Source: Pseudomonadales bacterium
GTDB lineage: Bacteria > Pseudomonadota > Gammaproteobacteria > Pseudomonadales > Azotimanducaceae
DNA: 64,000 nucleotides
Direction: 5' to 3'
NCBI GenBank assembly: GCA_963668365.1
Contig: OY764266.1
Location: forward strand, 1,646,037-1,710,036
Numbering within the stretch: position 1 is the first letter of the stretch; the number at the start of each line of letters is the position of its first letter. The notes beneath the pieces are model-generated. The model was not told where the DNA came from. It did not search any database and saw only the letters and a list, made by a program, of their open reading frames with translations. Position numbers and translations under genes: made by a program. Below, piece after piece: positions 1 to 9,465 of the stretch.

Positions 1-480
1 CTCGATACGGAGTTCCATGTGGTCGCTTGCGGCATGCACGAACATGCACATGTAGAGGTGGCGTTGGCCGTGGATTTCCTTGACTTGGGGCCATGCCGAC
101 AAGGGCTGGGTACGTCTCTCCGCCCACTACGGGGGCTCTGCGGATAGCGTGGTCGATGATTTCCCATTGGTTGCTCTCGTCCTGGGTCCCGTGCTCGGTA
201 GCGGCGGGGGGCCGGTCCGAGTCGAAATCGGACCAGAGCGCGGTACGAATCGGGGGACGGAACTGCTGTCGAAAGGCGGCTTGAGCGGCGCTCGCGGCGG
301 CCAGGAGCTTCAGAGTGCAGTCTCGAATCCGTACCCGGCTCGCGAAGAGGTAGCGGATGAGCAGGAGGGAGCCTGCGGAAAGGAGAGCGAGCGAAACTGC
401 GGGGGGTACCTTGGCCAACAAGCCCCACCATGCGGCGGCGAGCCCAGGATCGCGGGCCAGGGGCCGTTGACGAAACGCGA
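1..480 (-). CDS. possible partial CDS running off the window start (3' end missing); hypothetical protein with one predicted TM helix
   Basis: Minus-strand frame is open from about 500 down to position 1 and reads ...LSASPARWHHANHVLAFRQRPLARDPGLAAAWWGLLAKVPPAVSLALLSAGSLLLIRYLFASRVRIRDCTLKLLAAASAAQAAFRQQFRPPIRTALWSDFDSDRPPAATEHGTQDESNQWEIIDHAIRRAPVVGGETYPALVGMAP... with high GC3. Only TTG/CTG start candidates. Absent from the ORF track, presumably because it has no stop inside the window. Confidence 0.25.
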
Positions 481-634
481 GAACATGGTTGGCATGATGC
501 CACCGTGCCGGCGAAGCACTCAAACGATTGTCGTCGCGATAGACCCCGAACGTGATGGCGGGCCCAGCGATTCGGTAGAGGGCAGGACGTCAAGAAGGCT
601 TGATTGCATCGCAATCGCCGCGTAGATTGGCGGT

Positions 635-901
635 TTGGCAGCGTGTGGGGCAGAAGCCGTGGCGAGCATCACGATTCGTAATCTGGACAACGACGTGAAG
701 ACCCGGCTGCGCGTGCGTGCGGCGGACAACGGTCGTTCGATGGAAGAGGAGGCGCGGCTGATCCTGCGCGATGCCGTTGGACGGAAGCCGGGACCCCGCA
801 ATCTGGCAGCGGCGATACGTGCCCGGATCGAGCCGCTTGGCGGAGTGGACCTCGAGTTGCCGCCGCGGATGCCGGCGCGCGAGCCGCCGTCGTTCGACTG
901 A
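635..901 (+). CDS. vapB: type II antitoxin VapB/FitA-like (ribbon-helix-helix plasmid-stability protein)
   Basis: 88 aa. ITIRNLDNDVKTRLRVRAADNGRSMEEEARLILRDAV is the classic RHH FitA/VapB signature. TTG start. Stop lies 8 nt before the PIN gene. Confidence 0.8.
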   Translation: MAACGAEAVASITIRNLDNDVKTRLRVRAADNGRSMEEEARLILRDAVGRKPGPRNLAAAIRARIEPLGGVDLELPPRMPAREPPSFD

Positions 902-909
902 ACCCTGCG

Positions 910-1335
910 ATGGCCGTCCTGTTGGATACGAACGTGGTGTCCGAACTGCTGCGCCCGTCGCCGAACCCGGCGGTGGAAGGCTGGGTTGCGGATCGGGTGG
1001 CGGCGGAGCTGCATTTCTCGGCGGTTGGCGAGGCGGAGTTGCGCTACAGCGTTGCGGTTCTGCCGGCGGGCCGACGCAGGGATGCGCTTGCGGAGGCGAT
1101 CGAGGCGATCCTGAGGGAGGACTTTGAGAACCGCGTGCTGCCTTTCGACCGGGATGCCGCGCGCCAATACGCGGACATCGCCGCTGCGCGGCGCGCGTCC
1201 GGTCGACCCGTCGCGCCAGCCGACTGCCAGATCGCAGCCATCGCGCGGTCCCGCGGCATGGCGCTCGCCACGCGCAACACCCGCGACTTCGTGGGGATGG
1301 GACTGGACCTGTTCGATCCGTGGGTCGCCGAGTGA
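910..1335 (+). CDS. vapC: type II toxin VapC (PIN-domain ribonuclease)
   Basis: 141 aa. N-terminal MAVLLDTNVVSEL (PIN acidic motif). Downstream acidic residues consistent with the PIN catalytic quartet. Immediately downstream of the RHH antitoxin. Confidence 0.8.
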   Translation: MAVLLDTNVVSELLRPSPNPAVEGWVADRVAAELHFSAVGEAELRYSVAVLPAGRRRDALAEAIEAILREDFENRVLPFDRDAARQYADIAAARRASGRPVAPADCQIAAIARSRGMALATRNTRDFVGMGLDLFDPWVAE

Positions 1336-1353
1336 GGGGCACGACCGAGGCTT

Positions 1354-1956
1354 TTGCGCGTGAAGATCGACGCGCTTCTGAAGGACGCGGGGTGGGACCT
1401 GACGGACGGTTCGAGCGTGATGTTCGAGTACGCGCTGGAGGACGGGACGCAGGCCGACTACGCACTCTGCGACCGTCAGGGGCACCCCAATGGCGGCGCT
1501 GGAAGCGAAACGGGCGAGTACGGATCCGATTTCCGCACAGGACCAGGGGCGCCACTACCGGAACAGTTCGGCGTGCCCTTCGTGTTCCTCTCCAACGGGG
1601 AGGAGATGTGGTTTCTCGACCGGGAGACCGACGCTCACGCGCGCCAGATAGCAGGCTTCTACTCGCAGGACGGTCTGGAGCGCCGGATCGCCCCACGGGG
1701 CGTTCGCCGCGACCTTTCGACCGTGGAGACGGATCGGCGGATCGTGGACCGCGACTACCAGAACGAGTGCATCGAGGCGCTGTGCGGCAAGATCTCCCAC
1801 GGACGCCGCGACCTGCTGGTCGAGATGGCGACAGGGACGGGCAAGACACGGACAGCCGCGTCTTTGTGGGGCCAGCGGGGCGGAATGGCGAAAGACGCGG
1901 GGAGACGCGGTGGGGCCGATTCGCGGTTTGCGGGCTTCCTATGCGGAGCCCGATGA
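1354..1956 (+). pseudogene. hsdR: N-terminal fragment of a type I restriction endonuclease R subunit (HsdR), degenerate and truncated
   Basis: HsdR_N-like start (KIDALLKDAGWDL...ADYALCDRQG...VPFVFLSNGEEMWFLD). DYQNECIEA...GRRDLLVEMATGTGKTRTAA is helicase motif I. The nuclease E-x-K region is replaced by a Gly-rich stretch. The ORF stops after about 200 aa, where a full HsdR is about 1000 aa. No hsdM or hsdS nearby. Confidence 0.6.
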
Positions 1957-1984
1957 GGGACCAGATGAGGGACCCTTCCCTCTC

Positions 1985-2029
1985 ATAGACGATTTAATAC
2001 AACAAAAACAAGTATTTACAAGACATATA
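1985..2029. other. AT-rich junction abutting the 3' end of tRNA-Ser
   Basis: gatttaatacaacaaaaacaagtatttacaagacatatat sits in an otherwise roughly 65% GC window, right where the hsdR fragment ends and the tRNA 3' end begins. This is typical of an island or tRNA integration boundary. Confidence 0.4.
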
Positions 2030-2120
2030 TGGCGGAGAGGCAGGGATTCGAACCCTGGGTGCCCGCAAGGGCACACCTGATTTCGAGTCAGGCCCGTTCG
2101 ACCAACTCCGGCACCTCTCC
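2030..2120 (-). tRNA. tRNA-Ser (anticodon CGA)
   Basis: Reverse complement gives GGAGAGG-TG-CCGGAGTTGGTCGAACGG... The anticodon stem-loop CCTGA/CTCGAAA/TCAGG has CGA at positions 34-36. Long variable arm GTGTGCCCTTGCGGGCACC. T-arm CAGGGTTCGAATCCCTG. Acceptor CCTCTCC-G-CCA is encoded. 91 nt. Confidence 0.85.
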
Positions 2121-2217
2121 GAACGGTGCGGTACGCCAGGAGCATCACAACTCCACAGCGTCGCCGCAAGCGTCAAATTCTCTTCGACTTCTTCGCGTGA
2201 GTCTATCGGGACCGTAA

Positions 2218-2343
2218 TGGCGGAGAGGCAGGGACTATTCGCCGCTTCCAGCGGCTCACCCCTTTCGGGGCCGCTCGGCGACTGCGTCGCCTGCGTTCTC
2301 TCACCGCCTGGCGGCGGCTCGAGTCGAACCCTGGGTGCCCGCA
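2218..2343 (-). pseudogene. partial duplicate of the tRNA-Ser 3' half, interrupted by an ~80-nt insertion
   Basis: TGGCGGAGAGGCAGGGA (2218-2234) and TCGAACCCTGGGTGCCCGCA (2324-2343) are identical to the 3' acceptor/T-stem and T-loop/variable-arm segments of the intact tRNA 190 bp away. They are separated by about 89 nt of unrelated GC-rich sequence inserted inside the T-loop. No 5' half is present. Confidence 0.55.
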
Positions 2344-2352
2344 CGGGGATGC

Positions 2353-3243
2353 CTATCGCTGCAAGTGCGGCATCACCTCCGCCGCAAACAGATGCGTCCC
2401 TTCTATCCGCGGGGCATCGGAGATGTTGACCACAAACATGTCCGCGCCCTGATCGATTTCTTTGAGCAGGGTTTCCGTGACCTGCTCCGGCGTTCCGACC
2501 AGGCTATTGCCACCGGACCTGACATTGGGATCGGCTTTCAGGCGGTTGAGTTCTTTTTCGTTCTCGGCAATGAAGACGACTCTGCATATGACTTGCCTGA
2601 TTTCGTCGTAGTCACGGCCAACCGCGCGACAGTGGGACTTGAGAATCTCCTGCTTGTGGCGATAGGTCTCCAAGTCTTCGAAAACATGGTTCCACCAATC
2701 GGCCTGTTCAGCCACGACGCGCAAGGTGTATTTCTCGCCTGAGCCGCCAACCATCACCGGCGGTATCGGATCCGGTACCGGCTCACAGTAGGCATCCTTG
2801 ATCTGATAGTGCTGGCCCTCGAAGTTGGCCGGGGCCACCGTCCACATCAGGCGACAGATTCCTATGGCCTCGGCCAGTTGCGCGATGCGTTCTCTCGCCG
2901 TCGGGAATGGCCAGCCATACGAGAGATATTCGGCCTCGTTCCAACCGGCGCCTATGCCCAACACGACGCGTCCGCCGGAAATGGCCTGTGCGGTAGCCAC
3001 CATTTTCGCGAGATGGGCCGGATTGCGAAAACTGTTGCACAGGACCTGGTGGCCGACGGTCTTGTCCGGATAGCGCCCCAGGGCAAAGGACAACAGGGTC
3101 CAGCCTTCGCCGACCTTGTGACCGTTGTTCTGCACATGGTCGGGGACCCACAGTGAATCGAATGGAGCCAGGACCTCGTCCAGATAAGGGAAGATCCGCT
3201 CCACCAGGCGGGACCAGACATTGAGACCTACAGGGATTGACAT
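2353..3243 (-). CDS. LLM-class flavin-dependent oxidoreductase (luciferase-like monooxygenase family)
   Basis: 296 aa. Overall similarity pattern of the bacterial luciferase-like/F420-dependent oxidoreductase fold (GIGAGWNEAEY, VGTPEQV...L motifs). Confidence 0.65.
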   Translation of the reverse strand: MSIPVGLNVWSRLVERIFPYLDEVLAPFDSLWVPDHVQNNGHKVGEGWTLLSFALGRYPDKTVGHQVLCNSFRNPAHLAKMVATAQAISGGRVVLGIGAGWNEAEYLSYGWPFPTARERIAQLAEAIGICRLMWTVAPANFEGQHYQIKDAYCEPVPDPIPPVMVGGSGEKYTLRVVAEQADWWNHVFEDLETYRHKQEILKSHCRAVGRDYDEIRQVICRVVFIAENEKELNRLKADPNVRSGGNSLVGTPEQVTETLLKEIDQGADMFVVNISDAPRIEGTHLFAAEVMPHLQR

Positions 3244-3260
3244 GCGAACCTCCTGCCCAC

Positions 3261-4446
3261 TCAGCGGCGGGGCTCGTGGGTTCCGTGCGAGTGGTCATAG
3301 CGCTCGTGATGCTGGCGCAGCAGGTCGACCCCATAGTCGCCCCCGTTGGGGGTGCGCACGATGGTGTGGATGTGGTTGCGGGACGGCACGGGGTTGTCGA
3401 ATACCACACCCGGGTGATGGTCGAACTCGATCAGGACAACGGGACTGTGCACCCGGTAGTAGAAGGGTCCGTCGTCGGACGTCGCTCCCATCCAGGAGAA
3501 CCAAGTCTCGTCAAGGTGCGCGTTCACCTCCCGCATCTTGATGTCGGCGTGATGGTCCCGGGTCCAGCCTACGTACGTACCGATCAACGACAGCAGCAGG
3601 CGGCGCTGGGCATCGCTGAAGTCGCTGGCCGTAACGCCTTCGTACGGCACGACCGCATTGTCGTGGCCGGTCCCGCCCACCATGCGGCCGTCGAAGGGGT
3701 GCTTGAGTTCCTGTGGCAGATCGTCGGGGTGAATGGACGGGCGCGTCACCGCTCTCGACTGTTGTGAGTCGTCCAGCGAACGAATGAGATCGAGTCCGGC
3801 CCGCTCTTCGGTGACAAAAACCCTGGTTCCTTCCAGCAGCCCATTGCCCCCGTCGCAAGGCTCCGATCCCAGGAACGTTGGAGTCATCACGAGGTGATCG
3901 CCAATCACCATGCAGTTGATGTTCAGGTGATGACCGTCGAGCTGCCATCCCCAGGGTTCGGAGTCGGATGGCTGGCCGAAGATGGAAAGGAAGTACGGCC
4001 ACTCGCCGAACTCGTCCGGACTCTCGGAGACGACGGCGAGCAGGCCGTTCAGACGCATGACATCGCGAGCCTGGCCGAACCCTCGGGCGGACAGGGTTGC
4101 TGCGAGCAGGTCAAGTGCCAGCTTCCGGGTCGCGTCGGACAGATCCTCCAGCATGATCCCGTGGCGCCAGCAATTGAGATGAATGTTGTTCCAGGTTCGC
4201 CACTCGTCCGCGTCGATCGAGTGCAGAGTTTGGCGTCGTTGCTCGACCGTCAGCGCCTGCAGAAAGGTGCCGGCCGCCTCGGTGATCGGCTTTGTCGATA
4301 CGCCGGTCGCCGCCAGCGGGTAAAGACCTTCCCGCGCAACACCGTCGGTCGTGATGCCTCGGACGGGGTCGCCCAGCGTGGACAGGCGATCGTCAAGCAG
4401 GCGCGAGAGGCCCGGACTCTGTTCAACACGCGTCCGGGCCGACATG
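3261..4446 (-). CDS. DUF3500 family protein
   Basis: WGWQLDGHHLNINC, FDHHPGVVF and the HIHTIVRTPNG motif are characteristic of DUF3500. The ORF track extends to 4856, but the first about 130 codons are Arg/Pro-rich with no RBS. Start placed at ATG 4446 (alternative ATG at 4489). Confidence 0.6.
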
Positions 4447-5009
4447 TGCCCGCCCTTGCGGACCGGAAGTCTCGTCCAATGCTCGGTCATTCTTGCCTGG
4501 CTCCTTCGTGTTGTCGGTTGCGTGTCACTCGCGTTGGCAGGGATTCCACTCCGTGATTCGAAACATGATAGTGCGACTGGCGGTCGGTGCGAAACGACCC
4601 GGGCGGAGATGATGACAGGTTCGCCCGCGCGTCTCGGTCGGCCACCTGCAGATTGTCTCGCCGCGAAAGAGTTCTGACTTCCGCCGAGCATCGCGCGGCC
4701 ACTCTCGCGCCCCGCTTCCCGCGCAGGGCGTCGATTCGGTTGATGCGCGCCGGTTCGACCGAACCTACAACTCCTGGTTGGTCTCTGACCTTCGGGTGGC
4801 GATATGTCTGTCGTGCCTTCGCCCGATCTCTCGGCGCTGTCGGTCAGCAGCTTCAACCGCTATACACGCACCCATCGGAATGGGTCCGTGGTCTCGACCG
4901 TCGCTTCAACCCGCTGTCGCACGGAAGGTTGATGCTGAGTTTCATTGGACCGCGCCGGTGCTAACCATGCGCGATGGCGGCCAAGTTCACCCGGCTACCT
5001 TGGCTAACC

Positions 5010-5324
5010 TCAGTCCCCGAAGTCCTCCCGAAATCGGTCAATCTGATGCATGCGTTCATGCAGCACAGTGACGATACCGATGTCGCCGTTGCCGAGCGTC
5101 TTCCAGTAGACGAGATGCTTCTCATACCGGAAGACGTAGCCATTCACGCCCAACTCGGCCGGGATCGGACGCGAGGCGACACCCCCTGCCGCGATCCGGT
5201 CAAAGGCTTCGAAAAGGCCAGTGATGCAGGCATCGGCTTGGGCCGATCCCCGCCTGGAGCGGGAGTAGCGGTAGATTTCATCGATGCGTAAAGACGCCGC
5301 CTGCTGGACGCGGACGGCCGTCAT
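5010..5324 (-). CDS. parE: type II toxin ParE/RelE family
   Basis: 104 aa. YEKHLVYWKT...GIVTVLHERMH is a typical ParE C-terminus. Overlaps the upstream antitoxin gene by 4 nt. Confidence 0.75.
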   Translation of the reverse strand: MTAVRVQQAASLRIDEIYRYSRSRRGSAQADACITGLFEAFDRIAAGGVASRPIPAELGVNGYVFRYEKHLVYWKTLGNGDIGIVTVLHERMHQIDRFREDFGD

Positions 5325-5575
5325 GCGCCGGTGCGTGCCTTGTTTCTCGCAATGACCTCTGACGCCGAGAGAGGATGATACGAGTCGTCCGGTGCCGCGA
5401 AGGCGCGTGCCAACTCGGCTTTAAGGCGTTCGAATGTCTCCGATTCCGACCGCTCCTTGTCCCGCCGAATGAGATCGCGAATGTATTCGCTGATGTTCTC
5501 GTAGGATCCGGTCTCGCCGACATTGGCCGCGACGAAATCGCGGAGCGTGCCACTGAGTCTAACTGTCATCGTCAT
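5321..5575 (-). CDS. parD: type II antitoxin ParD-like (RHH/CopG)
   Basis: MTMTVRLSGTLRDFVAANVGETGSYENISEYIRDLIRRD is a ParD signature. Start moved to ATG 5575 from the ORF-track 5629. Confidence 0.7.
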   Translation of the reverse strand: MTMTVRLSGTLRDFVAANVGETGSYENISEYIRDLIRRDKERSESETFERLKAELARAFAAPDDSYHPLSASEVIARNKARTGA

Positions 5576-5774
5576 CGTGCTTGGCAACGCCTGGACTCCG
5601 TGGAGAATGATCGTATGGAATATAACCAATATTGAACACGAGTTTCGAACGGCAGTTTCTGAGCTTCGGCACGCGGTGCCAATGCTCCATGGTCATTGAC
5701 GCCCATCCCTGTATTCAATGAACCCCATGCACAGTGGCGAACCGTCTCGTCACCAACAGCCCGACGATGCCGGG

Positions 5775-6350
5775 TCACGCGCGCGTGAAGTCCACCAACC
5801 CGTGACTTCGCACTACTCTTTTCTCGATTCCGGTCGGTTGTTCGCAGAATACGATCAGGTTGCTCTGGGTCACATCACGCGCGCTTGGTACCCGCATGCC
5901 GTCCGCGCCCAGGAATGCACACGCCTCGGCAACCTCCTGTGATCGCGGGTACTCCCTCTCACGCTCCACGTAGCTAAGCAGCCCGTACCCTTCCGCCCGC
6001 AACCCAACATCCACCAACGCTTCGATACTGGCAAAGCGTATGACGGACTTGAGCGAGACCCATAGTTCGAACAGTTCGTAACGCACCCTCGACGGCGGAA
6101 ACGGCTGTCCCTGGTAGAGGTGGAACCGCCGTTCGGCGACCGCGGCCTCTCTCGTCTCCGAGGTGTACAGTACATCCAGCGTCCCATCATCCCATCGTCC
6201 CCCGGGCCGCCCGCACACGAGCGGATCGTGTCCCGCTCGCACCGATCTCCACACGGTTCCTTCAAACGGCGCGCTCGGCAGTGCTTCGATCAGGTCCAGT
6301 AATGACTGATCGCGGATTCCCCTGGGACTCCCCAGGCTTTTCCGGGCCAT
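5775..6350 (-). CDS. RES-domain toxin (RES-Xre type II TA system)
   Basis: 191 aa. GGRWDDGTLDVLYTSETREAAVAE (the R and E of RES) and the C-terminal GMRVPSARD...NLIVF (S) match the RES domain architecture. Confidence 0.7.
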   Translation of the reverse strand: MARKSLGSPRGIRDQSLLDLIEALPSAPFEGTVWRSVRAGHDPLVCGRPGGRWDDGTLDVLYTSETREAAVAERRFHLYQGQPFPPSRVRYELFELWVSLKSVIRFASIEALVDVGLRAEGYGLLSYVEREREYPRSQEVAEACAFLGADGMRVPSARDVTQSNLIVFCEQPTGIEKRVVRSHGLVDFTRA

Positions 6351-6352
6351 GC

Positions 6353-6703
6353 TCAGAGGTACGCGTCTGCATCGAGGCGATCAAGTATCGCAATGACCTC
6401 CTCGGTTCGCTGGTCATGGATCAGGTCGATCGCACGATTCCCATCCAGTTGCGGATGCCTCGAGTAGAGCCAGGCTCGGACTTCCTCGTGTCCGTAATAC
6501 TCGCCAAGCCTCATCACCACGTAGGACAGGTCCGACATGATGAGTTGCGTCTGCGGATGCGGCGATTTCTGACCACTGTTCCATCGCGACACGGTCGCCT
6601 TCGACACGCCCGTGAAGTTTGCGATGTCCGTACCCTTCAACCCTCCGGTTTCTTGCAAACGTGTCAGAAACTGCACCACGGGTTTCGGTTGTGCCTGACT
6701 CAT
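6353..6703 (-). CDS. Xre-family antitoxin with DUF2384 (MbcA/ParS-like) domain
   Basis: HTH region DIANFTGVSKATVSRW and C-terminal EEVRAWLYSRHPQLDGNRAIDLI (DUF2384 motif). Ends 2 nt before the RES gene. GGAGA RBS ahead of ATG 6703. Confidence 0.7.
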   Translation of the reverse strand: MSQAQPKPVVQFLTRLQETGGLKGTDIANFTGVSKATVSRWNSGQKSPHPQTQLIMSDLSYVVMRLGEYYGHEEVRAWLYSRHPQLDGNRAIDLIHDQRTEEVIAILDRLDADAYL

Positions 6704-6988
6704 GTCTCGGTCTCCATTCGCCATCACTGCAAACGCAACATTTGTGTTTCAAGGAGAATACTTAATGTAACAACTATGTCAACTTCCCGGCTCTCGACGG
6801 ACCGATGTCTGCCGATGGGTGCTTCCTCGTATAGCAAAAGCCCTACTTGACCGAAATGGCCAACCGCCAACGCGGGCGATTTAGAATGTGCGCAGTGCGA
6901 CCGGGAATTTGCTCGTATGCGCACGACTGGCCACCATCCGACGCACAGGACTGTTAGGGGGACGGCCAGACAGAGGGGATGCGGGGAA

Positions 6989-7672
6989 ATGAAGAACAAG
7001 GTCTTGCCCAATTTCGAGGCGGCGGTGGCGGACGTGCCGGATGGGTCCACGATCATGGTCCCGGGATTCGGCACGCCGGGGACGCCGAGAAATCTCATGT
7101 CGGCGCTGGTCGATCAGGGTGCGACGAATCTGGCCACCATCTCCAACAGCGTCAACCGGGACATCGCAGTTCTGGTTGAGGCTGGCCGCATACGCAAGGT
7201 GTTTTGCGCCTTTACTGCGCCGACGCATCCGTCCCGAGACACGCCGTTTGTGCGCATGTACAACAACGACGAGATCGATGCGGAGCTGGTGCCGCAGGGG
7301 ACGCTCGCCGAGCGCATCCGGGCGGCGGGCGCCGGGATCGGCGCGTTCTATACGCCCACCAGCGTGGGGACCGAACTGGCCGAAGACAAGGAGCACCGTG
7401 AGATCAACGGCCGCATGCATGTGCTGGAATATGCCTTGCTGGCGGACTACGCCTTTATTCGCGCCTGGCGCGCCGATACGTTCGGCAATTTGCAATTTCG
7501 CTTCGCGCAGCGCAATTTCAATCCGATCATGGCGATGGCGGCGGAGGTGACCGTCGTCGAAGTGGAGCATGAGATCGTCGACGTCGGGGGAATCGACCCG
7601 GACTGCGTCCATGTGCCGGGCGTCTACGTCGACCGCATCGTGCAGATTCCCCCCGACGGAATTTTCGATTAG
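6989..7672 (+). CDS. scoA: 3-oxoacid CoA-transferase subunit A
   Basis: MKNKVLPNFEAAVADVPDGSTIMVPGFGTPGTPRNLMSALV... is a family I CoA-transferase alpha-subunit signature. GAGGGG RBS. Start at ATG 6989. Confidence 0.85.
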   Translation: MKNKVLPNFEAAVADVPDGSTIMVPGFGTPGTPRNLMSALVDQGATNLATISNSVNRDIAVLVEAGRIRKVFCAFTAPTHPSRDTPFVRMYNNDEIDAELVPQGTLAERIRAAGAGIGAFYTPTSVGTELAEDKEHREINGRMHVLEYALLADYAFIRAWRADTFGNLQFRFAQRNFNPIMAMAAEVTVVEVEHEIVDVGGIDPDCVHVPGVYVDRIVQIPPDGIFD

Positions 7673-7700
7673 GGGGCCATCGTGACCGAGGAGAGCTGTC

Positions 7701-8381
7701 ATGGCGGATAAACCGAGACTGTCGCGCCAGGCCATGTGCGATCGCATCGCGATGGAATTCCAGGACGGGTGGGTCGTCAACCTGGGCGTGGGCATTCCGA
7801 CGTTGTGTTCGAATTACGTCGACCCGTCCAGAGACATCATCTACCACTCCGAAAACGGGGTGATCGGATACGGACCCCTCGCGGCCGAGGGCCAAGAGAT
7901 TCCGCATCTCGTGAACGCCGGCGCGCAGAAGGTGACCGCCGCGCCCGGGATGGCGATCGTGCACCACGCGGACTCGTTTGCGCTGATTCGCGGCGGCATG
8001 ATCGATGCGACGGTCATGGGCGCCTACGAGGTCTCCGAAAACGGGGACTTCGCCAACTGGCGCTTCCCCAACCGCAAGGGCGGAGGGATCGGCGGCGCGA
8101 TGGATCTCGCGGCCTGCGCCAAGCGGGTGTTCATCGCGCTCGTGCACAACACGCGCGATGGCAAGCCGAAACTGCTGCATCGCTGTCAACTGCCCATCAC
8201 CGCGCCGGGAGTGGTGACGATGGTGGTGACGGACCTGGGGTTGTTTGACTTGACGCCGCAGGGGTTTCAGGTGCGCGAACTCGCCCCGGGATGGACGCCC
8301 GAGGAGGTGCAGGCGCACACCGAGGCGGAGCTAGTGGTTCCCGATAATGTCCCCGAATTTCGGTTGCGGGACTCGAACTAG
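7701..8381 (+). CDS. scoB: 3-oxoacid CoA-transferase subunit B
   Basis: 226 aa. ...ENGVIGYGP... and SENGDFANW (catalytic Glu region) of the beta subunit. 28 nt after scoA. GAGGAGAG RBS. Confidence 0.85.
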   Translation: MADKPRLSRQAMCDRIAMEFQDGWVVNLGVGIPTLCSNYVDPSRDIIYHSENGVIGYGPLAAEGQEIPHLVNAGAQKVTAAPGMAIVHHADSFALIRGGMIDATVMGAYEVSENGDFANWRFPNRKGGGIGGAMDLAACAKRVFIALVHNTRDGKPKLLHRCQLPITAPGVVTMVVTDLGLFDLTPQGFQVRELAPGWTPEEVQAHTEAELVVPDNVPEFRLRDSN

Positions 8382-8895
8382 CGGCGATCGCCTGGGCGGG
8401 AAACGTCCTACAGCGCCTTCAGGGCTTCGTCGGGTAGGGTCAGATCATCCACTCCCCCCCAGACACTCGTTCATCTGTTCGAGCGCGCACGGCCCGATAA
8501 TCGCTGAGGGGACTGTTCGGTTACTCGTTTCGTTACGTGCCGCGTAGCGGGTTTTCAGGGCTTCCGACGGCACTTCCTGAAACGTAGCGGACCAGGCGTG
8601 CGGTTTCAAAAACCGGTAGCGGCGCCTTGGGCGCGGTGGGCTGAGCGAACCTGTGGAACGTACTGGGCAGGCTTTGGCGGTCTGCGCGAAAGGGATCGTC
8701 ACCCGGCAGGGACAAGACCCCGGAGGGGGCTTGGTCGCCGAAGGCGATAGAGCCTGGCCCCCGAAGGGGGGTCGCCCTCCCAAAGATGAGTCGTAGTGGT
8801 GTAACGCGCCGGACTCCTCGGCTTGCGTTGGCGTCTCTCGGGACCGGCAGTTATCCCGGAGTCGATGGGAGGCGATGCTTCGGGTATCTAAAGAT

Positions 8896-9465
8896 CTACG
8901 GGCGAGCCGACAGTTGACTTTCGTGCCAGGCATGACGGGCGTGGTAGGAAATGGACCGCGGCGGCAGCCTCTCGGCGAAGAGGACGAGGTTGTCCCTCGA
9001 GGGGTTTCGGGCCGAAGACGCCATCAAGCCCATCGGGCTGTCCGGGCGGTTGAAAATGGCGCTCGCCAAGTTCTGGGTCGGCGCCAGCGTCCCCCGTAGG
9101 CCATAGTAATGCCAGTCGCCGGTCATTTCCTGAACGGTCGTCTCCACGGCGTCGAGGCGTGCGGGGCGGGCATCTATGATCGAGGCGACGGGACCGAGTT
9201 CGATCCGGTACTCGACCACGACGTGCCGGTTGCCAAGCGACGGGATCGCATCGCCGAACCAGTGGCCGAGCACATCGCGGGCCTCGAATCGCGCGAGGAG
9301 CCCGTCGGGCGCGAAGTACATGATCTGGAGGTGGCCGGGGTTGAACCGGTTCGGGCTGGGCCGGAAGAGCGGCGGCTCGTACTGGTACCGTTCGTCGACG
9401 GAACGGAACCAGGCGACTTCCTCGAGGTGGACGGCGGGTAGCTCGCCAGCGCGAGCGTGGTTCAA
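8896..9465 (-). CDS. RES-domain toxin (second copy)
   Basis: 189 aa. NRFNPGHLQIMYFAPDGLLARFEA... is a RES-like core. TTG start overlapping the stop of the upstream DUF2384 gene. Confidence 0.55.
   Translation of the reverse strand: MNHARAGELPAVHLEEVAWFRSVDERYQYEPPLFRPSPNRFNPGHLQIMYFAPDGLLARFEARDVLGHWFGDAIPSLGNRHVVVEYRIELGPVASIIDARPARLDAVETTVQEMTGDWHYYGLRGTLAPTQNLASAIFNRPDSPMGLMASSARNPSRDNLVLFAERLPPRSISYHARHAWHESQLSARP

Noticed and set aside
520-1849. Long minus-strand ORFs 520-1485 (321 aa) and 590-1849 (419 aa)
   Set aside because: Arg/Pro/Ser-rich low-complexity translations lying antisense to vapBC and the hsdR fragment. Typical GC-rich antisense artefacts.
1320-1988. + strand ORF 1320-1988 (222 aa)
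   Set aside because: Alternative frame of the hsdR fragment. Arg/Gly-rich, with no motif.
2029-2429. ORFs 2029-2217 and 2217-2429 (both start MAERQG)
   Set aside because: Their start codons are the CCA end of tRNA-Ser and of its partial copy. They translate tRNA sequence.
3261-4856. ORF-track N-terminal 130 codons of the DUF3500 ORF (4447-4856)
   Set aside because: Arg-rich, no RBS, and DUF3500 homology begins only near ATG 4446/4489. Start moved.
6881-8318. Minus ORFs 6881-7795 and 7527-8318, plus + ORF 7736-8248
   Set aside because: Antisense or alternative frames of scoA/scoB, which carry unambiguous CoA-transferase motifs.
8382-8895. Possible RNase P / tmRNA / SRP RNA in the convergent gap
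   Set aside because: Searched for GGAAAGTCCGG, ACAGAACCCGGCTTA, the tmRNA 3' tRNA-like end and the SRP GGAA tetraloop context. None present on either strand.
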